This document shows positions 1 through 9,610 of a stretch of 64,000 nt of DNA, one piece after another. Position 1 is the stretch's first letter, and the number at the start of each line of letters is the position of its first letter. Location of the stretch: assembly GCA_963616935.1 (NCBI GenBank), contig CAVEMS010000002.1:64396-128395 (forward strand), written 5' to 3'. The notes beneath the pieces are model-generated. The model did not search any database and was not told the origin of the DNA. It worked only from the letters and a program-made list of their open reading frames with translations. The position numbers and the translations under genes were made by a program. Source of the stretch: a bacterium (lineage in GTDB: Bacteria > Bacillota_I > Bacilli_A > RFN20 > CAG-826).

Positions 1-78
1 GTACTTGTTCCTCGCTTGGCTTTCCCCCGCGAATGCGGTCATCAGATTCTTCTCGGTCTTAGATCCTTTTAGTTCCAT
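1..78 (-). CDS. rubrerythrin, N-terminal fragment; the gene continues past the left edge of the window
   Basis: Minus-strand translation from the ATG at 76-78 reads MELKGSKTEKNLMTAFAGESQARNKY, the conserved rubrerythrin N-terminus. An AAGGAGA Shine-Dalgarno sits 5 nt upstream and a TATAAT (complement of 101-106) lies further upstream. Confidence 0.5.
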   Translation of the reverse strand, partial: MELKGSKTEKNLMTAFAGESQARNKY

Positions 79-177
79 GTTGCTCTCCTTTGTGACCCCA
101 TTATATTGGATAAAAAAGACGGAGCGCAAACGAAACGCTTAGAAAATTATCAAAGAAACGGAAAAGATAGATGCCGT

Positions 178-984
178 CTAGGCTTCCGAGTCCTTTGGAG
201 CAGGCAAATATCGAATATATTCGTAATTATCCAGCGATGAGCTCACCTCAACCATGTAGGTATAGACGGCTTCCCTTAGAAGCTTCGTCCTTTCTCCTAG
301 CGGTTTGCTCATATCCGGCTCGAAGACGCCAGAGACATGCATCACGGCGCGAGGGGGAAGGAAGCGGAGGATCTTCCGTTTTTCATAGGTGACGCAAGTG
401 GCGACGACGGGCCTTCCTAAGGAGGCAGGATAAGTGAATGATTGCTCAGGGAATGGGCGGATACGGGTGTAATACGGCCAAATATGGGCTTCGGGGAAGA
501 TAAGGATGGCGTTTCCATGCTGTATATGCTTCTCAACCGCCTCCAAAAAAGGTTTCGTTTGCTCAGGATAGCTAGGGAGAGGCAAAGCGCCGACCATCGT
601 CTCTATCGGCCGAAGGAACTTGTTGCTGACCGATTCATTCGAGCACAAAACGAAAGTGCGTCTAGGCGGGATAAGCCAAACGGGGACGAAGAAGCCATCG
701 CCGATCGTGGTGTGGTTACCATAGACGAAAAAGCCTTTCTTCCCCATATGGGTTTTCCGGAATTTCCTTTTTCCCCTAATCCTAAAGCCATATATCAAAT
801 GGCCGACGATCCAAAAGAGAGGAATGGCGATGATATAGTAGACAAAGCCGCTGAAAAACCAATATATCGGCGACTTGTGGTAGAACTTGAAATTCTTCGG
901 AAGCGGCTTGTATTTGAAGCTTTTGGTTCCAGCGAAGTCGTCGTTAAGCAAATCCTTATAATAAATGGTCTTTTTCTTTTTCAT
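178..984 (-). CDS. 1-acyl-sn-glycerol-3-phosphate acyltransferase-like (PlsC/LPLAT family) membrane acyltransferase
   Basis: N-terminal TM segment, HX4D acyltransferase motif (NHTTIGD) and a downstream FPEA block. The likely start is MKKKK at 984, overlapping the stop of the upstream GT4 gene; the ORF track starts earlier at 1041. Confidence 0.65.
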   Translation of the reverse strand: MKKKKTIYYKDLLNDDFAGTKSFKYKPLPKNFKFYHKSPIYWFFSGFVYYIIAIPLFWIVGHLIYGFRIRGKRKFRKTHMGKKGFFVYGNHTTIGDGFFVPVWLIPPRRTFVLCSNESVSNKFLRPIETMVGALPLPSYPEQTKPFLEAVEKHIQHGNAILIFPEAHIWPYYTRIRPFPEQSFTYPASLGRPVVATCVTYEKRKILRFLPPRAVMHVSGVFEPDMSKPLGERTKLLREAVYTYMVEVSSSLDNYEYIRYLPAPKDSEA

Positions 985-2126
985 CGATCTCTCTTTTTCA
1001 CGGCGTTCGTATGAACCATCTCGACCATCTTGGCCATGCAATCGTCGAAATCGAATTGTCCGACGTATGTCTTATAAGCCTCTTGATTGGCCTTTCTTTC
1101 CTCTGGATGCTCATACCAGTAGTCGATCATCTTGGCGAGATCCTTGGCGTTATCCTCCTTAAAGAGGTTCTTCTCGCTTAAAGCGAATGTTTTGGTGGCG
1201 CTTAGAGGCGAGTTGTTGATTAATGGGGTCAAGCCGCAGGCGATGGCCTCAAGGCAAGATATCGCTTCAATCTCAACTCTGGAGGCATGGACGTATAGAT
1301 CGGACATCGAAAGGGCTTCGACGAGCTCTGGATGAGTGTAAAACTTGAACAACGGGTCGACTTTGTATTTGGCGGCCGCTTTCTTGAGTTCCTCGATACG
1401 GGGGCCACTGCCCGCCAATATGAGTTTTATGTCTTCCTTGTGCTTACTCATCGAGATGGCTTTTATAAGCAGCTTCTGATTCTTCTCTTTGCTATAGCGG
1501 CCAGTCATCACGATGACGAATTTTCCTTCGAGTTCCGGAGGGCGCTTGACGTCAAGTTTTCTAAAGTCGCTCGAAACGCCGTTAGAGATAACGACGCCAG
1601 GCGTCTTTTTGCCGATCGCGTCCTCGAATACCCCCTCTATGAAAGCGGTCGGATAATGGATGCAGTCGACGTATTGATAGAAATGCTTCCACATCCATTT
1701 ATATACGCCGCGGTTGACGCGTTTGCTATGGATGAGGTCGAAGAAATGGGCGGTGACGTTTTCCGCTTGAACGTGAAAACCGGCGCTCACTGGGATACCT
1801 AGCTCCTTACAGAGCTTTACGGTCTTTAGCCCAGCTGGAAAAGGCATCATGATATGGACGGCGTCGACTCCTTCTAGCGATTCCTTCAAAGTGCTTTCGA
1901 CGGCTTTCGCCAAGCAGACCCCGTTATGGTCGACGATCGGCTGAAAAATGCCGAATTTCCATTTCGGCAAAACATAAAAATGATCGACGTCTTTCTTATC
2001 TTCGTCGGGGCACACTATCCGCACTTCGTCGCCGGCCTTATCAAGCGCTTGGATAAGATGCATGGCGGCGATTGTCGTGCCGTTATTGGGCTTCCCAAGG
2101 ACGTCGCAGATAACAGTTACAAGCAT
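981..2126 (-). CDS. GT4-family glycosyltransferase, probable diacylglycerol glycosyltransferase (membrane glycolipid synthase)
   Basis: GT4/GT-B fold signatures (EAISCLEAIACGLTPL E-X7-E region; N-terminal MLVTVICDVLGKPNNGTT) and operon context with the PlsC-like gene. The preferred start is ATG 2124-2126, preceded by GGAGAA; the ORF track starts at 2189. Confidence 0.7.
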   Translation of the reverse strand: MLVTVICDVLGKPNNGTTIAAMHLIQALDKAGDEVRIVCPDEDKKDVDHFYVLPKWKFGIFQPIVDHNGVCLAKAVESTLKESLEGVDAVHIMMPFPAGLKTVKLCKELGIPVSAGFHVQAENVTAHFFDLIHSKRVNRGVYKWMWKHFYQYVDCIHYPTAFIEGVFEDAIGKKTPGVVISNGVSSDFRKLDVKRPPELEGKFVIVMTGRYSKEKNQKLLIKAISMSKHKEDIKLILAGSGPRIEELKKAAAKYKVDPLFKFYTHPELVEALSMSDLYVHASRVEIEAISCLEAIACGLTPLINNSPLSATKTFALSEKNLFKEDNAKDLAKMIDYWYEHPEERKANQEAYKTYVGQFDFDDCMAKMVEMVHTNAVKKRDR

Positions 2127-2425
2127 AGATTCTCCATGTGAATTGGCTAATGGTTCATCGATACGCCCTGTAGCAGGCGTAACGATCATAATCGCTTAAA
2201 GCCCCTACATTCTATATTAATAGAGCGAAAAGAGAAAGCGCATTATTCATAGGCCGGCACCGCCCTATCGATTACAATCGATTAGAAAAGCTCGAACGAT
2301 TTCGAGGATCCGATCTTACTGATAATGACCGTGACGCCATTCGTTATTTTAGAAGCGGCTGACTCCGTGTTTCGGATGCAAAAGACGTGTTAGGCAGCCA
2401 TTCTCCCCTGCTTTTGGCGCGGCTA

Positions 2426-3334
2426 TTATAGATTCAATAGAATCACGGAAATCAGGCCAAGTGCGTAGCCGATATATTGGATCTTCGAAAATCTCTCCTT
2501 AAACAGGATAAACGCCGTTAGGAAAGTGAAGACAAGCCCTGCCCCAGATATAACGGGAAAAACCACGGCTGCTGGCGCTCTCGATACCGAATACATCGCG
2601 GAAAGGTTTAGCAATGCGTTCATCGTGCCCGATCCGGCGCCAAACATCAAAGATTGCTTCATTCCGTCTTTTATTTGTCTATGTTCCGTGATCAAAGAGA
2701 CGACCAATATGCCAACGCAGGCAATAGCCAATGAAATTATCATGAATTCGTTCTTTTTTTCGCCGCCATAGGTCGTTTGCTGAGCGGTTTGAATTATGGA
2801 AGTAAGCCCATTGGTTATCGCGGCGACGGCAATGAAAATTACCCATTTGACGGTGCTTTTCTTAGCGGCATTATCATTCGTTTCGAGCGCTTCATCTTTC
2901 GATTTTTCGTCATGAGCGCATTTCCTTCCGCCAAGATTCACCAAAACGAGCGCAACCGCTAGCACGACTAGCCCTATCACAAAGCATACGGAAATGGGAT
3001 TATGCAAAAATATTATCCCATAGAAGGTCGGCATAATAAGCGATGCGGAAATAATGAGCCCCGATAAAGACAGATGGCCGATTTTAAGCGCGTATGTCAG
3101 CGTGACCATGCAGACCGCGTACGCTAAACCCATTAATGCTCCATATTTCAAGAGACCGACGTCAAAAGAAAACTTAAAGCCAGAAATCGCAACAAAAACC
3201 ACGAGAGCAAAAAAGGTCGAAGTAAAAGCGAAAAACATCGGACATGATTTTGTAAATCCGCGTTTGAACGCATTTTGCAGCGACATCGCAAGCGCTCCGC
3301 CGACAAGCAGCAGAATGGTTATGAAAGTTTCCAT
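2426..3334 (-). CDS. polytopic membrane protein, probable DMT-superfamily (EamA-like) transporter
   Basis: 302 aa with about 10 predicted TM helices arranged as two 5-helix halves. No catalytic motifs were found. Confidence 0.4.
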   Translation of the reverse strand: METFITILLLVGGALAMSLQNAFKRGFTKSCPMFFAFTSTFFALVVFVAISGFKFSFDVGLLKYGALMGLAYAVCMVTLTYALKIGHLSLSGLIISASLIMPTFYGIIFLHNPISVCFVIGLVVLAVALVLVNLGGRKCAHDEKSKDEALETNDNAAKKSTVKWVIFIAVAAITNGLTSIIQTAQQTTYGGEKKNEFMIISLAIACVGILVVSLITEHRQIKDGMKQSLMFGAGSGTMNALLNLSAMYSVSRAPAAVVFPVISGAGLVFTFLTAFILFKERFSKIQYIGYALGLISVILLNL

Positions 3335-3623
3335 GGTTCTATATCAACGATTGATAAATATAAGATGATGATATCGGATTGCAAAGCAATACGAATTGAT
3401 TGTCTAAGAATGCGGTTTTATCAATTTGCCGTCATGAACGAGACGACTGGCAAAAACCGAGCTCGAAGCCTTCCTTCGCCTATGGTTTAGTTATATACGG
3501 GTTCATAGAAAGTTTGAAAAGAAAACAATCATTTACCGAATATTGGCAATGATTTTGTTTTATTGAACGCCTAGATCGATTCGTTATTGACAGGATAATG
3601 TAAAATATAAGGTAGTAAGAAAC

Positions 3624-4721
3624 ATGAAATTGCTGATAGATAACAAAAGGAACATCATGCTGGACGCCTTGAAGGGATTGGCGATTTTTTTGGTGGTTTT
3701 AATCCATGTCCTGCAACGCACCATCCCACATTTTGTTTCAGATGATCATTGGGGCGTTCAAATCATCTATCTTCTTTGCGTGCCAATCTTTTTTTATCTA
3801 TCCGGCATCAGTTATTCATACAAAAAGGAATTATCCTTTGTTGAATTTATCGTAGATATTTTCAAAAGGACCTTGATGTATTTTTGGCCTTTCCTGTTTT
3901 TTATTCTTCTTAGAATCGGGATATACAATCAATGGGAGAATGTATCTAAAGCATTTGAAGAATTGATGGAATATCCAGTCAGCGGTTTATGGGTATGTTG
4001 GATACTTTTGTTTGTTACTTTGGCTTTGGATATCGGGCTATTGATCGGCAAATTATATCCAAAGCTAAAAAAGTTATTTGTGTTTATCGTGTTCGCTATC
4101 GGAATAACTATTTTGATTATTCTTAGAAACAACAACACAATCACTAGCGATCATTTCGTCGGCTATAACTACTTTATATTGTTCGCTCCGACGTTCTTTG
4201 TCGGTTATTTGATCGGCGATTATTATTTCAAAATCAATAAACCGATTATTTCATATATCGTTTCTATCCTTTGCTTTGCCGGCTTAGTCGTCCTTTGCTA
4301 CTTCAAAAGAAGCTTTATGGGAGTGCGTTTCTTCGACGATATCGGCTATAACTATTTGGCTATAATTCTCTGTGTCGGCGTATACCTAGGAATAATCGAA
4401 TTATTTAAATTGGCAAAGAAATTGACGGATGTTATCGCCATCAGTGGGAAATACACATTAGAGATGTATTTCGTGCATTTAATCGTCCTAAAAGCGTTTG
4501 CCGGATTATTTTATGATTCTTGGATAATTACCTTATTAGTGGTGATCGGTTTAACGCTTCTATGCTACGCCTCCACCACCGTTGTTATGCTAATGACGTA
4601 TTATGTGCCGTTCTTACACTTTTTATTATTCGGCAAGCACTTTAGCAAATACGAATGGGAAGATGAATTTTGGGAAAAGATTGCATTTAAAAACAAAACT
4701 AGCTCTATAAAAAGGGATTAA
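3624..4721 (+). CDS. acyltransferase family 3 (OatA-like) membrane O-acyltransferase
   Basis: N-terminal RNIMLDALKGLAIFLVVLIHV matches the Acyltransferase_3 signature (R..LD.LRG.A...V...H). About 10 TM helices; 365 aa. Confidence 0.65.
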   Translation: MKLLIDNKRNIMLDALKGLAIFLVVLIHVLQRTIPHFVSDDHWGVQIIYLLCVPIFFYLSGISYSYKKELSFVEFIVDIFKRTLMYFWPFLFFILLRIGIYNQWENVSKAFEELMEYPVSGLWVCWILLFVTLALDIGLLIGKLYPKLKKLFVFIVFAIGITILIILRNNNTITSDHFVGYNYFILFAPTFFVGYLIGDYYFKINKPIISYIVSILCFAGLVVLCYFKRSFMGVRFFDDIGYNYLAIILCVGVYLGIIELFKLAKKLTDVIAISGKYTLEMYFVHLIVLKAFAGLFYDSWIITLLVVIGLTLLCYASTTVVMLMTYYVPFLHFLLFGKHFSKYEWEDEFWEKIAFKNKTSSIKRD

Positions 4722-4737
4722 ATAACAAAAACAGCAC

Positions 4738-4766
4738 CGATTTATATCAGTGCTGAAGCGCTCTTT
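4738..4766. terminator. bidirectional intrinsic terminator between the acyltransferase gene (+) and the tRNA (-)
   Basis: Hairpin CAGCAC-cgatttatat-cAGTGCTG with an A-run on one side and, on the minus strand, TTTTTGTTATTT immediately after it. Confidence 0.5.
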
Positions 4767-4841
4767 TGGTTGCGGGGAGTGGACTTGAACCACCAGCCTT
4801 CAGGTTATGGGCCTGACGAGCTACCATTGCTCTACCCCGCG
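4767..4841 (-). tRNA. tRNA-Met (anticodon CAT), initiator-like
   Basis: Cloverleaf read directly from the sequence: acceptor CGCGGGG/CCCCGCA with a C1-A72 mismatch, T8, D-stem GAGC/GCTC with A11:U24, anticodon loop CCCATAA (CAT), T-arm GGTGG-TTCAAGT-CCACT, discriminator A and an encoded CCA. C1-A72 and A11:U24 are hallmarks of the bacterial initiator tRNA. Confidence 0.85.
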
Positions 4842-4853
4842 GCAAGCGTAGTA

Positions 4854-4881
4854 ATGATAGCACCGAAAATCACTTTGGCAA
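4854..4881 (-). promoter_or_regulatory. sigma70-type promoter for the tRNA-Met (TTGCCA-16-TATCAT)
   Basis: On the minus strand, TTGCCA (complement of 4876-4881) and TATCAT (complement of 4854-4859) are 16 nt apart. The tRNA 5' end lies about 12 nt downstream of the -10 element. Confidence 0.45.
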
Positions 4882-4905
4882 GTCCTTTTGCTCGGAAATC
4901 GGCGA

Positions 4906-7227
4906 TTACTCGTCAGAAGGGTCCGAAAGAGGCTTAATCAGATACATCCTCGTGCCAAAATCGCCTAGGACGCAAGTGCCTTCGTTCATCCCCGTTCCCT
5001 TCCATAGTTCAGGAAGAGGCAAACCGGTGCCATTAAGGATCTTTCCGGAAACCGTTCTCTCAAACTTTTCTCCTTCGATCCCTTTCTTCTTCGCCAAAGC
5101 GTTTATCACCGCCCCTTCTTCCTTTAAGTGCACGGGCGAAACGTAATTCACAAGAGGGCCGAACTTTAGGAGAGAATGCGTGCATTCGCGAGACTTGACC
5201 TCGTATAGAGAGTCGTCATCGAAACCGATTCCGGATAGTCTTCTTGTAGCGCCGTTTAGATCGATGATTCCGTCGAAATTCGCGATTATCGCCTTGTCTT
5301 TGTTCACTATCTCCCACCGCTCGAACCTATCCTCGTCTAACCGAGAAAGGCGATAAAAGGAGCCGAACTCGAAAAGATCGCGGTGCTCTTTGTAAAAGGA
5401 AATCTGCCTCTTTATCGTCTTTTCCTCTAGCGAAGAAAGATCATCGAGGTTTAGCTCATAGCCCAAAACGCCAAAGGAAGCGACGTCGAACTTATTCTCT
5501 AACGATGTAAGCCGCATCGTTTGGTTATTCGTCTTCGAGGAAACGTGGTTGGAAAAGACGACGGGAGGGAAGAAATAGGAAGCGCCTCTTTGGATTCGAA
5601 TCCTTTCGAACGAATCTGTGCAATCGCTTAGCCAACTCTGATCGAAATAGGTCATCATGCCATGGTCGAAGCGGTTTCCTCCCGAAGCGCAATTCTCCAT
5701 CAAGGTTTCCGGGAATCTCTTCCTTATCTCCCCTAACACCCGATATAAGCCACGCATATAGTCGTAATGGCATGTTCCATTAGTGAGGGGGATATCGCCA
5801 AATGGGCGGTTATAGTCCCATTTAAGATAAGAGACGCCAGGTATCGAAAGGATGTTCGAGACGTTATCAATCACGTAATCCTGGACTTCCTTCTTCCTTA
5901 GGTCCAAAAGATATTGGTTTCGCCCTACTAACGATTCGCCAGCCGTATCTTTTAGCACCCAATCGGGATGCGCTTTATAGAGCTCGCTATCGAAAGAGAC
6001 CATCTCAGGCTCCATCCATATCCCAAATGACATCCCTTTCTTTTTGGCATAGGAGAGGAGACCTTCTAGCCCATGCGGCATCTTTTTCTTATTGACTGAC
6101 CAATCGCCCAAACTCGAGGCGTCATCGTTTCTTTTTCCGAACCAGCCATCGTCGAGAACGAATAGCTCCATGCCGAGTTTGGCCGCTTTATCGATGAGCG
6201 AATGAAGGGAATGCTCATTGAATTTGAAACCGACGGATTCCCAGCTGTTATAGGCGATGGGCCGGCTCTTGGTGGCATGATATGGCGGAAGCAAACACTC
6301 TTTCGTGAAAGAAGCGAAGTTTTGACTAAGTCCTCTTCTTCCTTTATCCGAGAAACTCATCATCGCTAGAGGGGTAACGAAACTCTCCCCGCTTGCCAAG
6401 CGCTTCTCGAACATAAGCCCCGATATGCCTTGGTTGATTCTGATCTTTCCAGAGATATCGAGATCGATCGTCGTTTCGAAGGAACCGCTGTAAAGGAGAG
6501 AAAAGCCATAAGAAGAGCCTTTCTCTTCGTCCTTATAAAGCGAAAAGAAAGGGGCGATGCGATTCGAGGAAGAACCGCTGTCGCTATATAAAAGGGTTGT
6601 CCCTAACGACAATTTCCTTCTTTCCTCATGTAGTTCATTGGCCCACGCCCCATGGAAACTGCTTAGGAAATAATCATCGTTTTGGAGGGAAAGGGAAGAG
6701 GAAGCGGCACGACATACGATAAGTTCTTTCGCGTCGTCGTTTCTGATTTCCATATAGCGGCACAACATATCGTTTTCCGCATACATGAGATAATGAAGAT
6801 AGATAGAGACATTTATCCTCTTCTCAGTCAATTCGATAACCAGCTCTTCGCCGGCGCCATGCGGAAAAGGGAGGCTTTCGTCGAATCTACTCGCTTCCTT
6901 TATCTCGTAGCCTTGGTAAACGAAATCATAGGAAGAGCCTTCGTTTTCGCGGTATATTTCCAAGGACGGCTTAGAAAGAACGCCACTAAAAGGGAGGATG
7001 AATTCGGAGTTCTCCTTCTCTGGCATCGCCAAAGGATCGTTATTTCGATATAGCGAAGTTCCCATTGGGTTAATCGGACGCGATGAGAAAGAAGGGAACT
7101 CCCTTTCGTCTTTTAGCAAGCTCCCGTAATGGAGCAAGACGAGATGCTTCTCCCGATTGATGCCTAGCAAATAAGAACTGTCGCGACCCGTCAAGAGGAA
7201 TTTATCCCCGAAAACTTTGATGCTCAT
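4906..7227 (-). CDS. alpha-galactosidase, glycoside hydrolase family 36
   Basis: 773 aa with the GH36 motifs LDDGWFGKRNDD, SYLKWDYNRP and ENCASGGNRFD. Confidence 0.85.
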   Translation of the reverse strand: MSIKVFGDKFLLTGRDSSYLLGINREKHLVLLHYGSLLKDEREFPSFSSRPINPMGTSLYRNNDPLAMPEKENSEFILPFSGVLSKPSLEIYRENEGSSYDFVYQGYEIKEASRFDESLPFPHGAGEELVIELTEKRINVSIYLHYLMYAENDMLCRYMEIRNDDAKELIVCRAASSSLSLQNDDYFLSSFHGAWANELHEERRKLSLGTTLLYSDSGSSSNRIAPFFSLYKDEEKGSSYGFSLLYSGSFETTIDLDISGKIRINQGISGLMFEKRLASGESFVTPLAMMSFSDKGRRGLSQNFASFTKECLLPPYHATKSRPIAYNSWESVGFKFNEHSLHSLIDKAAKLGMELFVLDDGWFGKRNDDASSLGDWSVNKKKMPHGLEGLLSYAKKKGMSFGIWMEPEMVSFDSELYKAHPDWVLKDTAGESLVGRNQYLLDLRKKEVQDYVIDNVSNILSIPGVSYLKWDYNRPFGDIPLTNGTCHYDYMRGLYRVLGEIRKRFPETLMENCASGGNRFDHGMMTYFDQSWLSDCTDSFERIRIQRGASYFFPPVVFSNHVSSKTNNQTMRLTSLENKFDVASFGVLGYELNLDDLSSLEEKTIKRQISFYKEHRDLFEFGSFYRLSRLDEDRFERWEIVNKDKAIIANFDGIIDLNGATRRLSGIGFDDDSLYEVKSRECTHSLLKFGPLVNYVSPVHLKEEGAVINALAKKKGIEGEKFERTVSGKILNGTGLPLPELWKGTGMNEGTCVLGDFGTRMYLIKPLSDPSDE

Positions 7228-7272
7228 AGTGCTATCATTATAAATACAAAACGATTATTTTGGGGTATTAGC

Positions 7273-9597
7273 ATGAGCAAAAAAGAGCCTTTCTTCAATT
7301 ACGACTGGTCATTCGTCGACGGTTTCGAGGAGGCCTATGCGATTAATGGCTTGCCGAAAGATACGAAAAAAGTCGATCTTCCGCATTACGCAAGATTAAT
7401 GCCGAAGCACTATTTCTCAGAAACCGACTACCAAGGCCTATTCTCTTACGAAAAAACATTCGTTTTCGATAAAAATGCACATTCTAATGAAAAGGTTCTC
7501 TTAAGGATGGAGGGCGCGATGATCAAGTCGCGCGTCTATCTTAATGGCATCGATTTAGGCGAAAAGATAACGAGTTATTTCCCCACCGTCTTCGATTTAA
7601 GCGAAGCGATAAAGGATGGCGAAAACCGCCTTTTGATCGTCGTCGATTCCAGAGAAGATCCGAATATTCCGCCTTTCGGCTTCGTCGTCGATTACCTCAC
7701 CTTCGCCGGGATCTATCGCCCGTTGTCCTTGGAATATATGAACAAAGACTATATCGAAGATGTTTTCGTATCCGCCAAAGCCGATGGGAGAATACGAGTC
7801 AAAACCACCCTATCCAATCCCGCCGATAGGGTTTCGTATCGAGTGATGGACGGAGAGAAGACCATCGCCTCTTTCGATGGAAATGAAGCCAAAATCGAAG
7901 GCATCACCCCGTGGGACATCGATAATCCAAAGCTATATCGCCTTATTGCATATACCGAAAAAGACGAGAAGGAAACCTTTTTCGGCTTTCGCGACGCCGT
8001 GTGGAAGGAAGACGGATTCTATCTAAACGGCAAAAAGATCAAGCTCTTGGGACTAAATCGACATCAAAACTTCCCTTATATCGGAGCGAGTGGCACTTCC
8101 TCTTTGCAAAAGCTCGATGCGGATATCCTAAAAACCAAAGCCGGAATCAATCTTGTTAGGACCTCACACTACCCCCAAAGCGAGGATTTCTTAGCGCATT
8201 GCGACGAAATCGGGCTACTCGTAATCGACGAGGTGCCAGGGTGGCAACATATCGGCAAGGAAGAAACCTGGCGAAGGAATTTCGAATCGATGATCGAGAG
8301 GATGGTCCGAAAAGAGAGAAACCACCCTTGCCTAATCGCCTATGGAACGAGGATCGATGAAAGCGTCGACGACCATGAGTTATACGCAAAGGCGAGGGAA
8401 ATAGCAAAGAAAGAGGATCCGTATCGCCAGATTCTCGGGGTGAGGAACTTCAAAAATAGCGAATTGCTCGAAGATATATACGCTTATAACGACTTCTCGG
8501 GCGGGGATATATACCATGGCCTCGATAATCCTAAAACCGTGAAGGGAGCGAAGGGCCATCCATATCTCGTAAGCGAATTCGGCGGGCATATGTTCCCGAC
8601 TAAGTCCTTCGACCCAATCGAAAAGAGAAACGAGCACGTTTTGCGACACCTTCGCGTCCTTAACGACATGTATTCATACGACAAAATAGCCGGAGCCATC
8701 GGCTGGTGCGCTTTCGACTACAACACCCATAAGGAATTCGGAAGCGGCGATCACGTTTGCTACCACGGCGTCTTCGATATCAACAGAATGCCAAAAGATG
8801 CCTCTTACGCCTATTTGTCGCAAACCTCCAAAACGCCTTTCATCCACGTCGTCGGGAGCAATATAACGGGCGATAACGCCGAATCCCTTATGAAACCGGT
8901 CACCGTCTTATCCAATTGCGACCGTCTCTCCCTCTACTCCAATGGCGAATTCATCGCCGATTTCTATCCAGACAAAAAAGATTTCCCCTCCTTGCCGCAT
9001 GCGCCTTTCATAATCGACGATTGGATCGGCGCTTCCTTTCATGAAGAAGGCTTCGGAAAAAGGCTTTCAAAGCAATGCGTCAAGCTTCTTAATGCCATCG
9101 CTTCTAAGGGAGTCGCGCATGTCGGACTCAAAGAATATCTGACGTATCTTGGCATTTTCCTTTCGAAACGGCTTTCTCTCGCCGACGTCACCGATCTATA
9201 TTACAAATACGTGACGACTTGGGGGAAGGAACCGAAAAAGTATCTTTTAAAAGGTTATATAAACGGAAAAGAAATGATAACGAAAGGCTTCGGCGTGAAT
9301 AACGGCGTCAACATCAACGTTAACGCTTCTAGCGACGTTTTGCATAACGACGAAACCTACGATATGGCGATGATTTCCATCGAAATGACCGATGACTATG
9401 GCAATAGGCTCCCTTATATGGATGAGATCGTGTCGCTTGAAACGTCGGGTCCCATCGAAATAGTCGGGCCAAGTTCCTTCCCTCTTTCGGGCGGCGCCTC
9501 CTCCTTTTACGTAAGAAGCAAGAAAGAAAGCGGCGTCGGTAAGGTGTTAATCCATATCAGAGACGAAGAAAAAGAAATCGCCTTCGAAGTGAAGTAA
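7273..9597 (+). CDS. glycoside hydrolase family 2 enzyme (beta-galactosidase/beta-glucuronidase-like; specificity unknown)
   Basis: 774 aa with the GH2 TIM-barrel signature NLVRTSHYPQSEDFLAHCDEIGLLVIDE, RNHPCLIAYG, and an N-terminal sugar-binding/immunoglobulin-like region. It is divergent from the GH36 gene across only 45 bp. Confidence 0.7.
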   Translation: MSKKEPFFNYDWSFVDGFEEAYAINGLPKDTKKVDLPHYARLMPKHYFSETDYQGLFSYEKTFVFDKNAHSNEKVLLRMEGAMIKSRVYLNGIDLGEKITSYFPTVFDLSEAIKDGENRLLIVVDSREDPNIPPFGFVVDYLTFAGIYRPLSLEYMNKDYIEDVFVSAKADGRIRVKTTLSNPADRVSYRVMDGEKTIASFDGNEAKIEGITPWDIDNPKLYRLIAYTEKDEKETFFGFRDAVWKEDGFYLNGKKIKLLGLNRHQNFPYIGASGTSSLQKLDADILKTKAGINLVRTSHYPQSEDFLAHCDEIGLLVIDEVPGWQHIGKEETWRRNFESMIERMVRKERNHPCLIAYGTRIDESVDDHELYAKAREIAKKEDPYRQILGVRNFKNSELLEDIYAYNDFSGGDIYHGLDNPKTVKGAKGHPYLVSEFGGHMFPTKSFDPIEKRNEHVLRHLRVLNDMYSYDKIAGAIGWCAFDYNTHKEFGSGDHVCYHGVFDINRMPKDASYAYLSQTSKTPFIHVVGSNITGDNAESLMKPVTVLSNCDRLSLYSNGEFIADFYPDKKDFPSLPHAPFIIDDWIGASFHEEGFGKRLSKQCVKLLNAIASKGVAHVGLKEYLTYLGIFLSKRLSLADVTDLYYKYVTTWGKEPKKYLLKGYINGKEMITKGFGVNNGVNINVNASSDVLHNDETYDMAMISIEMTDDYGNRLPYMDEIVSLETSGPIEIVGPSSFPLSGGASSFYVRSKKESGVGKVLIHIRDEEKEIAFEVK

Positions 9598-9610
9598 CAA
9601 AGGAGAGAGA

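Noticed and set aside
442-1802. ORFs 442-1014, 603-791, 965-1162, 1132-1335 and 1332-1802
   Set aside because: They are antisense or out of frame relative to the well-supported PlsC-like and GT4 genes, and show no motifs. They are shadow ORFs created by coding-strand composition.
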